Positions 53,201-63,113 of a stretch of DNA of 64,000 bases are shown here, piece by piece. Each line of letters opens with the position of its first letter. Positions within the stretch are counted from its first letter, which is position 1. The notes under the pieces are model-generated. The model worked only from the letters and a program-made list of their open reading frames with translations. It was not told the origin of the DNA and ran no database searches. The stretch comes from Iphione sp. A-MEVVRFRX5 (Eukaryota). The position numbers and the translations under genes are program-made. Location of the stretch: NCBI GenBank assembly GCA_976226885.1, contig OZ320322.1, positions 34,968,001 to 35,032,000 of the forward strand. Reading direction: 5' to 3'.

Positions 53201-56200
53201 AGTTTTTACATGTCCATTTCTGTTACTTTCGGAAATATTACATTTTAGGGAAGTCATTGTTTATGACCCTTCTTAGCAATTTTGAGAAGCGATAGTGTGC
53301 GATGTGGTTCTTCTTGCAGTCTTTGTCACATGAATCGTATACCCCAGCATCACCCTGTGTATTTTTTTCATTAGGTATGCCAAAGGTGTGTCAACGCCCC
53401 ATCGAAACGTGCGGACCAGGCTGTACTTTACGAGTGAGAGCCACATCCACTCCCTGCTCACCATTCTGCGCTATGGGGGTCTGATGGAAGGGGCCAAGAC
53501 CAAGGTACTACAAACTACTCGATTCCCCTATACATGTGAAAACTGCACACATCGAAGATATTCACAATGTATTTTAGGTGTGATGACACACATGAGTTTC
53601 GTCAGTGGCTGTCTGTGGGGGCCTTTGACTCAAGGCTTTGGTCAAATTCAGTAGTGCGGATGACTTTCATGCAGAGATTGGATTGCTTCACAGACCAAAT
53701 TTTTGTCAGAAGCTTTAGTACCATTATTGCATACTAGGTGTCTCCCTAGGAGACAATCCAGATGGCGCCACTGCAGGCAGCATATTCCAGAGCTACTGGC
53801 TAGATGCTATTCTTCTCGCGTCACTATAGTTTAGCATTACATGTATGCAACTGCTCACTGATATCAGTGAGAATTGGTCATAGTTAGGGGAGGAAGTTGT
53901 GATGGTATCTATTTGAATTAGACGTCCACGACCTCGCCTCGTTTTCACCTGTTCAATTGAACTTGGTGTAGATCTTAATGTGGTCCTTTTGAAGTCATAG
54001 TCCGGACACCTCCTACTCCCACTTAGCGTGCTTGAGAAACACTCCCGTCCCATTCCTAATAAGAACATGAGATTGCCTTGTGTTACGTAGCCGGGCCATG
54101 ATGAGCAGTGGGCGCGCGCCATGGAGTACATAAATGCGGTCTCTGAGCTGAACTACATGACGCAGATCGTCATCATGATGTACGAGGACCCCACGAAGGT
54201 ACTGTCCAGTTTGCATCGCCCTCCCAGATATATGTGGATTTGTGCTACATGCACTCCTTCGTATTTTTGTTTAAAAAAAGAGTTTTTCCAGTATTATTTC
54301 GGTTCTGTATGTGCTGCAGTCTCTGTGGCGTTCTAGTAATAATCTTACTCCAGTAAAAGTCTTTTTTAATCTAAACGTAATTGTATTCATTAAGGATCTG
54401 TAAAATTTTCTATCGGCTCTCTTACCAGTTGTCTTTGTCCAACTGTTTCTGCTGATGTTCTGGGCTCTGTCTGTCTGTCGGTCTGTCTCCGTCTCTGTCT
54501 GTCTTCGCCTGTGTCGGTCTCTCCCTCTCGATCGATCGATCGATCGGTTGATCGATCAACTTCATCTTTGTCTTTGTCTGTCCAACATAAATTTTTCATT
54601 TCGGTATACATACATGTACATACTAAAAAAGACCCATGCTAGACCCGAGGTTGTGTTCAGAGCTTCTCCTTGGGACAGCCTCTGTGCTCTAAACCGTCAA
54701 GTGCATTTTTTGTACTCTTTGGCAGGACCCTAACTGCGATGAGCGGTTTCACGTGGAGCTCCACTTTAGCCCAGGTGCCTATAACCTCAGCACAAAGTCG
54801 TCATGTGACCCCACTGGTCTTGGCTACAGATCACAGATTGGCGAAAAGGTTAGCTATGGTCTGTCGTCCCCGTATCGTGTACAGACGTATTTTTTCTCAA
54901 ATACTCCATCGCAATTACATGCTGGCACAAGGAATGCTGTTGTGCGAAACCTGGAAGATGTACATATTCAAATAATTCTAGCCTTGTAAAATCATCTCCA
55001 GAGAGTTGTCAACTTTCTTTTAGGCTGATCTATATAAAGAGTGCACGCATTGACATTTGTGATAGACCATTACAGTCTAACCATTGCAGTCTAAATCAAC
55101 TAATCTTTGATTGTACATGCCTTAGGCCAAGGATAAGGAGAGGGGTACCCCTACTACACCATCGTCAGCCTCAGAGACTTCCGACACCGAGAAGCGCACT
55201 GACTCAGTCTCTTCAGACCCCGACAAGCGCTCCGATTCACTGTCTTCGGAGACGAACAACAAGACAGACAGCTCCACCTCTGGTGGGTTCAGTAAGACTG
55301 GGAGCAGCTCGAGTAGTTTCAACCGCATGACATCGAGCTGCTCCTCAGACTCTCAGGACAGCTTTAAGGGGACTCCGGGCGTGGGCAGTCCATGGGAGCG
55401 CAGCCTCGACTCTCCCTTCACAACGGCCCGTGACCAGAACGAGCCCCGCCGACGCAACCAGTCTGCCCCTGATGGCATGCGTCCCTACCGCCGTTCGCTT
55501 TCAGACACTACCCTCCTCGAGGATACTTCCCACCAGCCCACGAAGGCCACCACGTCTAAGGACCAAGTCAAGAAGGACGTGCCAGAGGCGAGGACTGCAG
55601 ACCTGGGGGCTGTTGACAAACGATCCAGTAGCAGCGACGCTGGCTGTTCGAGTAAGGATCCCTGCGACTCCAGCACTAGTACTACCAGTGTGCAGACAGT
55701 GGTGGAGGGCAGCCTGTCCTCAGAGGACCCGCAGCGTCAACGAAGCAGCACGTCAGCGACGACTGTTACGTCTGCAGCCAGTCAGGCGGGCTCAGTGTGT
55801 GGGGGTGGGTGGAGTGAGGATGCGGCGGGCATATCCACCGGCGGAGCCAACATGGGCGGCAGTTCCCCCAGCGTCATGGGAAAAGGCCTGCGGATATTTA
55901 CCACCATGCCCAGCGTGCAGGAAATGAGCCCCGAGAACGGGGACCACCTGGAGCTTCAGATGGAGGATGTTATCGGCGAGACCCCCACCACACCTAGGGT
56001 AGGTGATTTGCGCTAGAGCTGGTTCTGTTTTTTGTTTCTTGTCTTCACTATGTAAAACATATGTTGTCATAACAGAAAATTTGCCATTTCAGTTTAACCC
56101 CTTTCGTTTTGCTCAAATGAATAAAGTCTGTCGCTATTTTATCCGTAGGGTTAAACAGAGAATTGGTTTTTTTTGTTATTTCATAATTCGTTTTTGAGCA

Positions 56201-59200
56201 CAGATTCTTACCCTGCGATGTGCTTTTTATTGTCCGAGATTGTTAACGCGGTTGATTCTGGCTAAAAATTGAGCGCTATACCTGTACTGCTCTCATCACC
56301 ACGGTTTGGTTGTTTTTAATGGCATGTCTTTTTTTAATACTGAAAAACTATGCATGTGGCTGAGCGGTCCCAAGTGGAGTGATTGATCAGCAGAGATTCC
56401 TAGCTGACCGAAAGAAATAACCGAAAACATGTCTGTGCTTTGCTTTACTTCAAGCAGTCAGGCCGCCTGCCTTCAGAGATGAGTGACAGCGGCCTCGACT
56501 CGCCGGAGGACGCGCCGTCAGTCGCCCGTGGCTCGCAGCCCATCAGCATCCGTGGCTCGGTGACCCTGGCTACCAGCCCCCGGCCCCGCGTCAAATCTCA
56601 CGGTACGTCATATCGTCGTCTGGGTAGAACCGCCATCCCCGAGTCTGACTGCTGAGGGGAGACGACGGGCAGTGTCACAAGGAGATGTGTACGACCTCTC
56701 AGTCAAAAGTTACATCGGACACTCCACGTAGCCGATAGAGGGAGCTTCGGTTCGCGCACACAGACACTCCTCGTATTCAGTAACGAAGTCAGAATGTCTC
56801 AAACTCCAAGCCTTGCCTCGATGGAGTAATACTTGAAATAACTTCCATGAGCGTAGTACATATATTTAGATTAGGCACAGACACCATTGTCTGGAGTAAC
56901 ACTCATTACTCTTGGATTCAAAAATTATTTTTGGTATTAGTGTACAGTATCTGATTTTATATATGGACAGGATGACATGTATTGAACGCGGTTGACTACT
57001 TCATTTCGTATAGTTTTCTGTCGATATTAACTTGCATAACATGTAACTGCCCATTCCCACATTAATACAAGATAGTTAAATACTCATGCAAAACACGTGA
57101 ACAGGTTTGGAAACAAGCATGAAACAAAAGTAATTCATATCATTTACATTACTTTTTTTCCATTTCATGCGTCGGGACCGTTTCCTATATTTTATTTGTC
57201 CTTTTTTGGATCATTTTTTGGCATCAGTTCCGATTATAAGCAGTCCGAGTTTGGGACGTACCAATGATGACACGGAGACGCCGATGCCATCACTAGGTAA
57301 ACGTCTGCGCTACTATTTCCGACTAGCCCAGATAGGCTTTGTATGCCTTTCTCCCCTCCGGTCAACTTGATCCGTTCGAGAAGAATGCCTGTCTGTGGTT
57401 TTAAAGTTCTCTCTACTTACGTGTAATTATATATAATGGTGTGTCCATATTGCCTGCCATAACTTGGAGCGTTCATTGTTCCGCGCCCGTGCTTGAATGA
57501 CATCTTTTAAATAAGATACTTTTGTAGTTCAGTAGTATTCACATTTTACTTTGATACACCATTCAGTATCAAAATGTAGTTTTGAAATAATACACCTTCA
57601 ACACACTTCTCATATTAGAAAGTCACAAAATAACCTTTTCTTTCTCTCCAGCATGGCCAGGTATGTAGGTTCAACTACGGCCTCATACATAAATTGCCAC
57701 CATTTGCTTTGCCTCATGTATAGTTAAACAGCTATTTCCGACCAGTCTCCTTTTGGACTATTTTGTCTCTTCTATTTTTTAGGATTAGATATAAGCTTTT
57801 CTATCTCCCTTCCCTTTCTCTCTCTTCATCTTCCTGTTCCCAACGCTATCTCTTGTACTGTCATCTCTCTTGTCTCCATCATCAATCGGCTGCTCTTTTA
57901 GTTGTATCCATTAGAAGCCTTAACTCTAAGTTAAGAAGTACTTGTATAGGTAACCCGAAACGGTATATACATGTATAGATTGTGTGTCAGTGAGAGATGA
58001 TAGTGATCGGTCCAGTGTACTATGCCGTGATCAGTGCAGGGAGATAGAGGATGAGCAAGGAAGAGAGAGGGATAAGTGGACGAGATAGATGGGCAGACGG
58101 ACAAAGATTCGTAAGAGAGAACCGATCTTTTATTGGTTTCTGGCTGCATTGCCTGTTTTTTTTTTATAGTAATTCTGTGTTGATCAGAATTAATGGCACT
58201 TTCGAGCAACCCACTCACACGTGTCTTGCCAGCACGCAGCACGTCTAGTTTGACAAAGTTTATCTTTTTATCGCAGTGAATTTTAACTTTAGTTTGGGGA
58301 AACGAGCTTTATTTTCTAGCGCTCAAAAGAACTCTTGTTCTTAGTCTCTAGTATAAGTATACACGTATATGTATTTACGATATCTTTACGGAAAGGTATC
58401 CCCCCCATCATGCCAGTCGCGGGAGGTCCCTCTAAAAACAGGAGGAACATTAAATTGTTTGAGTGTATATATCACCAGAGTACATGTAGAAATATTTTGC
58501 CTCGTCAAGGATTCCCTTTCTCCCATGTCTGAGCCCTGTAAAATGTGCAGTATTTTGATATTTCACAAACAAAAAGGTAATATATGGATGTATACATAAT
58601 TGTATTTAAGGAAATTGTTACCCCTTGTGTTGGACTTTGGTGCAGTATCTTCAACATTCGTTGTTGTACTACTTTGGTAAATACATGCAGTAGCTATCAA
58701 GAATTTGTGAAGTCACTTTGTGCATGCAGATGAAATATTGCTAGTTTTGGGGAAGACAATTTTGTGTGGAGAATTGTGCTCACTTTTTGTAAAGTTGCTT
58801 TGAATTTTTCAAGCTAACAAAAGATTATTTTCCCTGAGGAGAGGGGCAGGGGACGATAAGTTGTGTCTGGGGAAAGAAGTTTTTTTTTTTTAAGTTCAGA
58901 GGGGTAGGCCAATTCTTCCAGTTCATGTTCCTCTGCAAATGAAACTATTCACCTAAATTTTTACACATACGCGTATCACATTATGTTGCACTTTCATAAT
59001 ACTGGATTGATCGCATTCTTCTAGCATAAAGCTAATTACACCAGTACTACTAATATATTAGAAGTTTGTACTATCCTGTCAAGAGTGTGCTGCCGTTTCG
59101 TGCCCAGACTATTGATCTAAGACCCATTGGTGACGTGGATCGACAAATTATTGCCTCTATATATGTATATATATTATATATACATATATATATGTGTGTT

Positions 59201-60414
59201 TTTGTGTGTGTGCTAAGGCTTCAGTTACCAGTGAAGGTTGTTTCGCTGCAGCACGGTTCATTTGTTACTTACAGAGGACAGTCTGAGGGAAGCCATGTTT
59301 CAGCCTCTGCAGTCCACCCTGTCCACACGCTCGAGGAGCCTTGACAGTCAGAGTGCGGCCTCGTCGGCCCCCGGCCGGGAAACGCCCACGTCCGCCACGT
59401 CTGCCACAGTCCATGCGCTGCAGGCTGAGTCCCGCACCTTGAGCTGTGATGACAACCTCTACCGCAAGCACCTCGACAAGTCACACAAAGGTAAGACACC
59501 GCACCGGCCACGAGCCCTTCCCAAATAAGCTGAACTACTTTTATATTTTCATCAACACTGGAGAGTGAGCGTTTGCAGTATGGATTGCGGGTTCCTGCTT
59601 TTATTTATTATTAAACACCAATATGACAAGTGCAGCAGTATGAACGTGAACCTTTGCTAATGTTGAGCAGTGCTGGTATTGTTACACCACTTTGAAGGCT
59701 TAGTATCCATGTTAATGTTTCTTTGTATTTGCGCGTGCGCATTATGGATTCATATACAGTGTATATGTATACGTATGAGAGTTGAGACAGTGACCATTTT
59801 TGCTACCATGTAGGTACATATTGGAAATACACATACATGGGTTGTCGGGCTCAACCCGATTACGATAAGTACTGTTTTTCATTGCAGTAATGGGAGATGA
59901 TGGCTCCATTCTCCTTTAGGAGTCTGATTTTGTAGATTTAGATACAGTAAAAAAAAAAAAGAAATTAGCAGTTGCTTTGGCGTCTGCCCTCTTTGTAGTG
60001 TGCTACAAATGTATTTTCCCTTCTGGCATAGTAGTTTTTAATGTGCATGAAATGTATATGATAGAAATGCTTAAGATTCACAGTCGTTTTGTTTTGCATG
60101 AGATTGCTCGTCTGAAAGAAAGTTTTTAAAAATGGAGTTCATGTTGTACTCCTTGATGGGTTTTACCTCCGGAAGAATCTGGTCAGGTTGCCCTTTCGTG
60201 AGATGCCAGACATTTATTTACCTAGAACTATAAACAAAACATTCCTTTAAAAAAGAAATCTGAGGATTCTAGTTGGCGGCAATCCAACAATGTATACGCG
60301 CATTTTCCACTTTTGATTTTGTTTTTTTATTTCTTTTATTCCTGTTTCTTACAATGTCACCTTTTCTAGGTTACAGACGCCTTTCACTTGACCGTTATCA
60401 GGATTTTTTCCGTG
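32122..60414 (+). CDS. PPIP5K: Inositol hexakisphosphate and diphosphoinositol-pentakisphosphate kinase (VIP1/PPIP5K), multi-exon, probably continuing past the window
   Basis: Exons 32122-32292, 32708-33009, 33296-33381, 33882-34036, 35344-35445, 36543-36704, 37102-37223, 37652-37753, 38609-38695, 39025-39210, 42760-42845, 46012-46134, 46636-46757, 47584-47696, 51612-51678, 51839-51980, 52350-52576, 52771-52895, 53375-53504, 54091-54198, 54726-54848, 55126-55998, 56458-56602, 57228-57296, 57652-57660, 59275-59490, 60370-60414 join in frame. ATP-grasp kinase domain plus RHGDRTP phosphatase motif. The conserved distal C-terminal motifs recalled from vertebrate PPIP5K were not found in the window. 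Confidence 0.97.
32708..33009 (+). CDS. PPIP5K: PPIP5K kinase-domain exon
   Basis: [26 protein letters not shown]...[20 protein letters not shown]...IQDR. Confidence 0.97.
33296..33381 (+). CDS. PPIP5K: PPIP5K kinase-domain exon
   Basis: [28 protein letters not shown]; AG/GT boundaries. Confidence 0.93.
33882..34036 (+). CDS. PPIP5K: PPIP5K kinase-domain exon
   Basis: [10 protein letters not shown]...[33 protein letters not shown]. Confidence 0.97.
35344..35445 (+). CDS. PPIP5K: PPIP5K kinase-domain exon
   Basis: [10 protein letters not shown]...[17 protein letters not shown]. Confidence 0.97.
36543..36704 (+). CDS. PPIP5K: PPIP5K kinase-domain exon
   Basis: [38 protein letters not shown]...AFK. 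Confidence 0.97.
37102..37223 (+). CDS. PPIP5K: PPIP5K kinase-domain exon
   Basis: [41 protein letters not shown]. Confidence 0.97.
37652..37753 (+). CDS. PPIP5K: PPIP5K linker exon
   Basis: [16 protein letters not shown]...[13 protein letters not shown]. Confidence 0.96.
38609..38695 (+). CDS. PPIP5K: PPIP5K phosphatase-domain exon with RHGxRxP motif
   Basis: [28 protein letters not shown]. Confidence 0.97.
39025..39210 (+). CDS. PPIP5K: PPIP5K phosphatase-domain exon
   Basis: [10 protein letters not shown]...[20 protein letters not shown]...[11 protein letters not shown]. Confidence 0.97.
42760..42845 (+). CDS. PPIP5K: PPIP5K phosphatase-domain exon
   Basis: [28 protein letters not shown]. 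Confidence 0.96.
44286..45363. mobile_element. Non-autonomous piggyBac-type element in a PPIP5K intron
   Basis: TTAA-CCCCTTACCGTCCAA ... TTGGACGGCAAGGGG-TTAA: 14/15 TIR match with TTAA on both sides; AT-rich, no transposase. Confidence 0.88.
46012..46134 (+). CDS. PPIP5K: PPIP5K phosphatase-domain exon
   Basis: [37 protein letters not shown]. Confidence 0.97.
46636..46757 (+). CDS. PPIP5K: PPIP5K phosphatase-domain exon
   Basis: [34 protein letters not shown]. Confidence 0.97.
47584..47696 (+). CDS. PPIP5K: PPIP5K phosphatase-domain exon
   Basis: [29 protein letters not shown]. Confidence 0.97.
50738..51005. repeat. ~136-bp tandem duplication (2 copies)
   Basis: AATTCTAGACCAAGTAGATAATTTAACAAGATTCTGT...CAGTTGGTGCTGTGATTGTAAC occurs at about 50740 and 50876. 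Confidence 0.9.
51612..51678 (+). CDS. PPIP5K: PPIP5K exon ending in a GC donor
   Basis: [22 protein letters not shown]|GCAAGT. Confidence 0.88.
51839..51980 (+). CDS. PPIP5K: PPIP5K phosphatase-domain exon
   Basis: [27 protein letters not shown]...DDPKAE. Confidence 0.93.
52103..52296. other. Assembly gap (N run) inside a PPIP5K intron
   Basis: Run of N bases. Confidence 1.
52350..52576 (+). CDS. PPIP5K: PPIP5K phosphatase-domain exon
   Basis: [17 protein letters not shown]...[19 protein letters not shown]...[10 protein letters not shown]. Confidence 0.97.
52771..52895 (+). CDS. PPIP5K: PPIP5K phosphatase-domain exon
   Basis: [41 protein letters not shown]. Confidence 0.96.
53375..53504 (+). 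CDS. PPIP5K: PPIP5K phosphatase-domain exon
   Basis: [36 protein letters not shown]. Confidence 0.97.
54091..54198 (+). CDS. PPIP5K: PPIP5K phosphatase-domain exon
   Basis: [33 protein letters not shown]. Confidence 0.97.
54726..54848 (+). CDS. PPIP5K: PPIP5K exon, end of phosphatase domain
   Basis: [14 protein letters not shown]...PTGLGYR. Confidence 0.96.
55126..55998 (+). CDS. PPIP5K: PPIP5K large Ser/Thr-rich disordered-region exon (873 nt)
   Basis: TTAG|GCC acceptor, open for 291 codons, AGG|GTAGGT donor; phase 0 to 0. Confidence 0.85.
56458..56602 (+). CDS. PPIP5K: PPIP5K C-terminal region exon (NAGNAG acceptor)
   Basis: [18 protein letters not shown]...SPRPRVKSH|GTACGT. Confidence 0.8.
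57228..57296 (+). CDS. PPIP5K: Candidate PPIP5K cassette exon (69 nt, phase 1-1)
   Basis: T-rich tract plus CATCAG; [23 protein letters not shown]; G|GTAAAC. Confidence 0.6.
57652..57660 (+). CDS. PPIP5K: Candidate 9-nt PPIP5K microexon (A-W-P)
   Basis: TAACCTTTTCTTTCTCTCCAG|CATGGCCAG|GTATGT; phase 1-1. Confidence 0.7.
59275..59490 (+). CDS. PPIP5K: PPIP5K C-terminal region exon (216 nt, phase 1-1)
   Basis: TTACAG acceptor; [25 protein letters not shown]...LDKSHK; G|GTAAGA. Confidence 0.75.
60370..60414 (+). CDS. PPIP5K: Candidate PPIP5K cassette exon (45 nt, phase 1-1)
   Basis: CTTTTCTAG|GTTACAGACGCCTTTCA...CCGTG|GTATGT; encodes [15 protein letters not shown]. Confidence 0.6.
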
Positions 60415-62586
60415 GTATGTTGAGAGACTGGTTCAGTGATCCTTCATGAATGTTTGGATGCATAATCCTTTACCGTAGGCCCGATGGGTATGGGTTCCCT
60501 TTGCCCTCCATGTTCACCTTACCCGACGAGAATAACGCATATTAGATCGCATAACTACTAGTCGGCAACTTTGTTCGATATAGTTTGAATGATAAACATA
60601 TGTGAGCGTTGTTACTTTGATAAGAAGCCCTCGCGCCCCACCCCACCCCATGACACAAATGGAAAAAAAATCTTCGTTCAGTTCTGTTTGACCTCGGTTT
60701 ACGGTACATCATCAAAAGGATGTGGGTCTTTATATATTGTCTAAGGGCATAGTACTAGGGACTGAAATCTGGAGTGTATTCAAACCAAAACTGATTGTTG
60801 ACTAAGATTGATTGTAACACTCAAAGAAAACTTAACATGACGCTATTTTGACCTAATCTTCCAAATAAATTCAGGCATGACTAAATATTAGATTTCACAG
60901 GGAAAATTTGCATTGCCCACACGGGGTTAGAAAGTATTCTGGGTGTGTGTATTCTCTGTCATGTTTTTCACAGACTGTCATTGTTATTCACTAATTATAA
61001 TCATTGTCCACTATAAACCCTCGATCATTTTGGCTTGGGGGGGCTTATTTGTCAATAATTGTATATATAGAAGGTGGGCGGTTGCAGAACTGGTCGTTAT
61101 GATGGACTTTAAGAAAGAAATTTTTCCCCAATCAGACTCTTATAAGGTCTGACGTTTGAATACCTCTACCTCACCGTAATTTGCCGCTAGCCGCCCAGTA
61201 CCTCTAGTGCAAGTAGATAGACGTGCTTTCTAGTTGACTCGACATATAACGTCCTGCATCGCTGGCAATCCCCTGGCAACATAACCACACACCCAAGCCT
61301 CGCATGTCTCTGCTTCCAGTCAAGGTGGGTCGACCGAACCGCCACAGACTCAGAGCCCGCTACATGAGGTCCCCATTGCAAAGACATTTCCACCGACCCA
61401 GAGCCGGTAATACCTCCAACAAAACCATCTCGGGTGCCTGCACTTTCTTTTGGAATACTTCAACAAACTTGCATCTCTGTACTGCTTGCTTGACGATTTT
61501 AATCACGATTTTAATCACTATTCTTTCAGATTTCCAACCTGTTATTTAAAAAAATTATTTTCTTTACGTCTGCTGTCTTTTTTGGTGGTGAGAAATGCAA
61601 AATTAACCAACACATGAAAATCTCTAGCTTTTCTACACAGCAGGAATGTGAATGAAAAGCCATTGCCCTAGAATTAGTGAATTTTTGACCAGTCAAACAA
61701 CTTAATGATTTTTAACTCCTTGCGTTTATGAATTTAAATGCATTCAGTTATGTACTGAATCATATACATATCGGTTTTTACCGAAATTTATTTTTTAAAA
61801 TATATATGAATTTAATCTGTACTAAGAAACCTTGGAATTGTTCGTATACACATACATCTGTCATACATCAAACTAGATGTGGCATAAAAAGCTGTGATGC
61901 TACCCTGATGGGTGAAGCAGATTTTTAAAAAAAAAAACTCATACATCACAACGTACAGTTTGTTTAGCTTGTGTATACAAAACTACCCTAGAAGTTAAGG
62001 TTTACGGTTGATGGGTTTACACCGTTAAGCAGTGTTAAATTAACTGTTTCGCGGTAAATATGACTGGAATTACATAAGACGTAAGACTCATCAAAGAAAA
62101 TGTTCGTCAGAATCCGAAGTGGTTAGAACTGAATACACGTAAATGTGCACTTTAAAGTAGCTTTGCAAGCCGTTTTGCGTGTACGTTAACGTTTCTTGAA
62201 CTAACTGGAAATAAGATAACTATAGAGTCTGTAGATTAACCCAGTTGTAATTATAAGTTATGTAAATGAATAATAAATGGGATCTTTGAAGTGGCTAGGC
62301 TAAAACCGTTCCCACATGTTGAGTCCTATAGTGGTGTTCGCATCAACCAGCACTATGGGGCCTGGACTCCATTTTAGCAGTCAGACAACCGTAAGCAGCA
62401 ACTCCTGACATGTGCTAGGCTGCTTTTGCATGTGATGTATAAGGGCCACTATGAACAGGTTGTGTTGGCATTTGTGGACTGTATGTAGCCCCTGAGACAT
62501 GGCCAGTTGGAAAAGCAGCCTAACACTGAAGGAGAAAAAAAATCCAATTAACCCTTGTGTGCATACTGTAAATATAATCTGTTTAT

Positions 62587-62848
62587 TACTCTAATTAAAC
62601 GAGTTTACATCGTTTGATTAGGATTAATCTAGTGGGAATAGTGACGTCATATCAAGGGATGAGCTGTGCGCAATCTAGCCATTATTTGCCAAAGGTGGTG
62701 CCGGGATACTGGATGTCCTGGGTGTGGAGGGAACCGAAGCCTACGCTAATGTGGCTAAGAGGTTCACCAGGGCGGGCCCTTGATATGACGTCACTATTCC
62801 CACTAGATTAATCCTAATCAAACATCGTAAACTCGTTTAATTAGAGTA
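62587..62848 (-). repeat. DIRS-type ICR/terminal inverted repeat (72-bp arms, 118-nt loop)
   Basis: 62587-62658 is the reverse complement of 62777-62848 at 69 of 72 positions; lies just downstream of the recombinase ORF. Confidence 0.9.
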
Positions 62849-63113
62849 TTAATCACGTGGTCAGTGACATCATCCAAGGGATGATTTGTCTACAGCGCCA
62901 GTATCCCTGCACCTGGACCTCACTGGTCCTCGGGAGGGAAGAAACCCCAGCCGAGGCCTGTGCAATGGTCCGCAGATGAGTAGGGATTTCGGGAGCCGAG
63001 TCCCTTGTCCCTAACAAAAGCCACTCCAGAGCCAAGTTAAGAAAAAACTTGGCCACAAAGCCTTTATTTCTGAGGACACATTGGTGGTAACGACAGAGTG
63101 ACAAAATATATGC

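Noticed and set aside
54390-54733. Arg/Asp-rich and Ser/Val-rich ORFs
   Set aside because: Translations of (TCTG)n and (GATC)n microsatellites.
55122-56070. Alternative-frame and antisense ORFs over the large exon
   Set aside because: GC-rich shadows of the PPIP5K exon 55126-55998.
56603-56730. Coding-looking sequence after the 56602 donor ([14 protein letters not shown]...)
   Set aside because: Would need a ~24-nt intron or a frameshift; retention gives a stop at 56653-55. Cannot be supported without RNA data.
61298-61411. Possible terminal PPIP5K exon (ASHVSASSQGGSTEPPQ...*)
   Set aside because: Phase fits, but the acceptor lacks a pyrimidine tract and the conserved distal PPIP5K motifs have not yet appeared.
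62321-62369. Small stem-loop (GAGTCC...GGACTC), possible pre-miRNA
   Set aside because: Stem is short and interrupted by a 6-nt bulge; too small for a canonical pre-miRNA.
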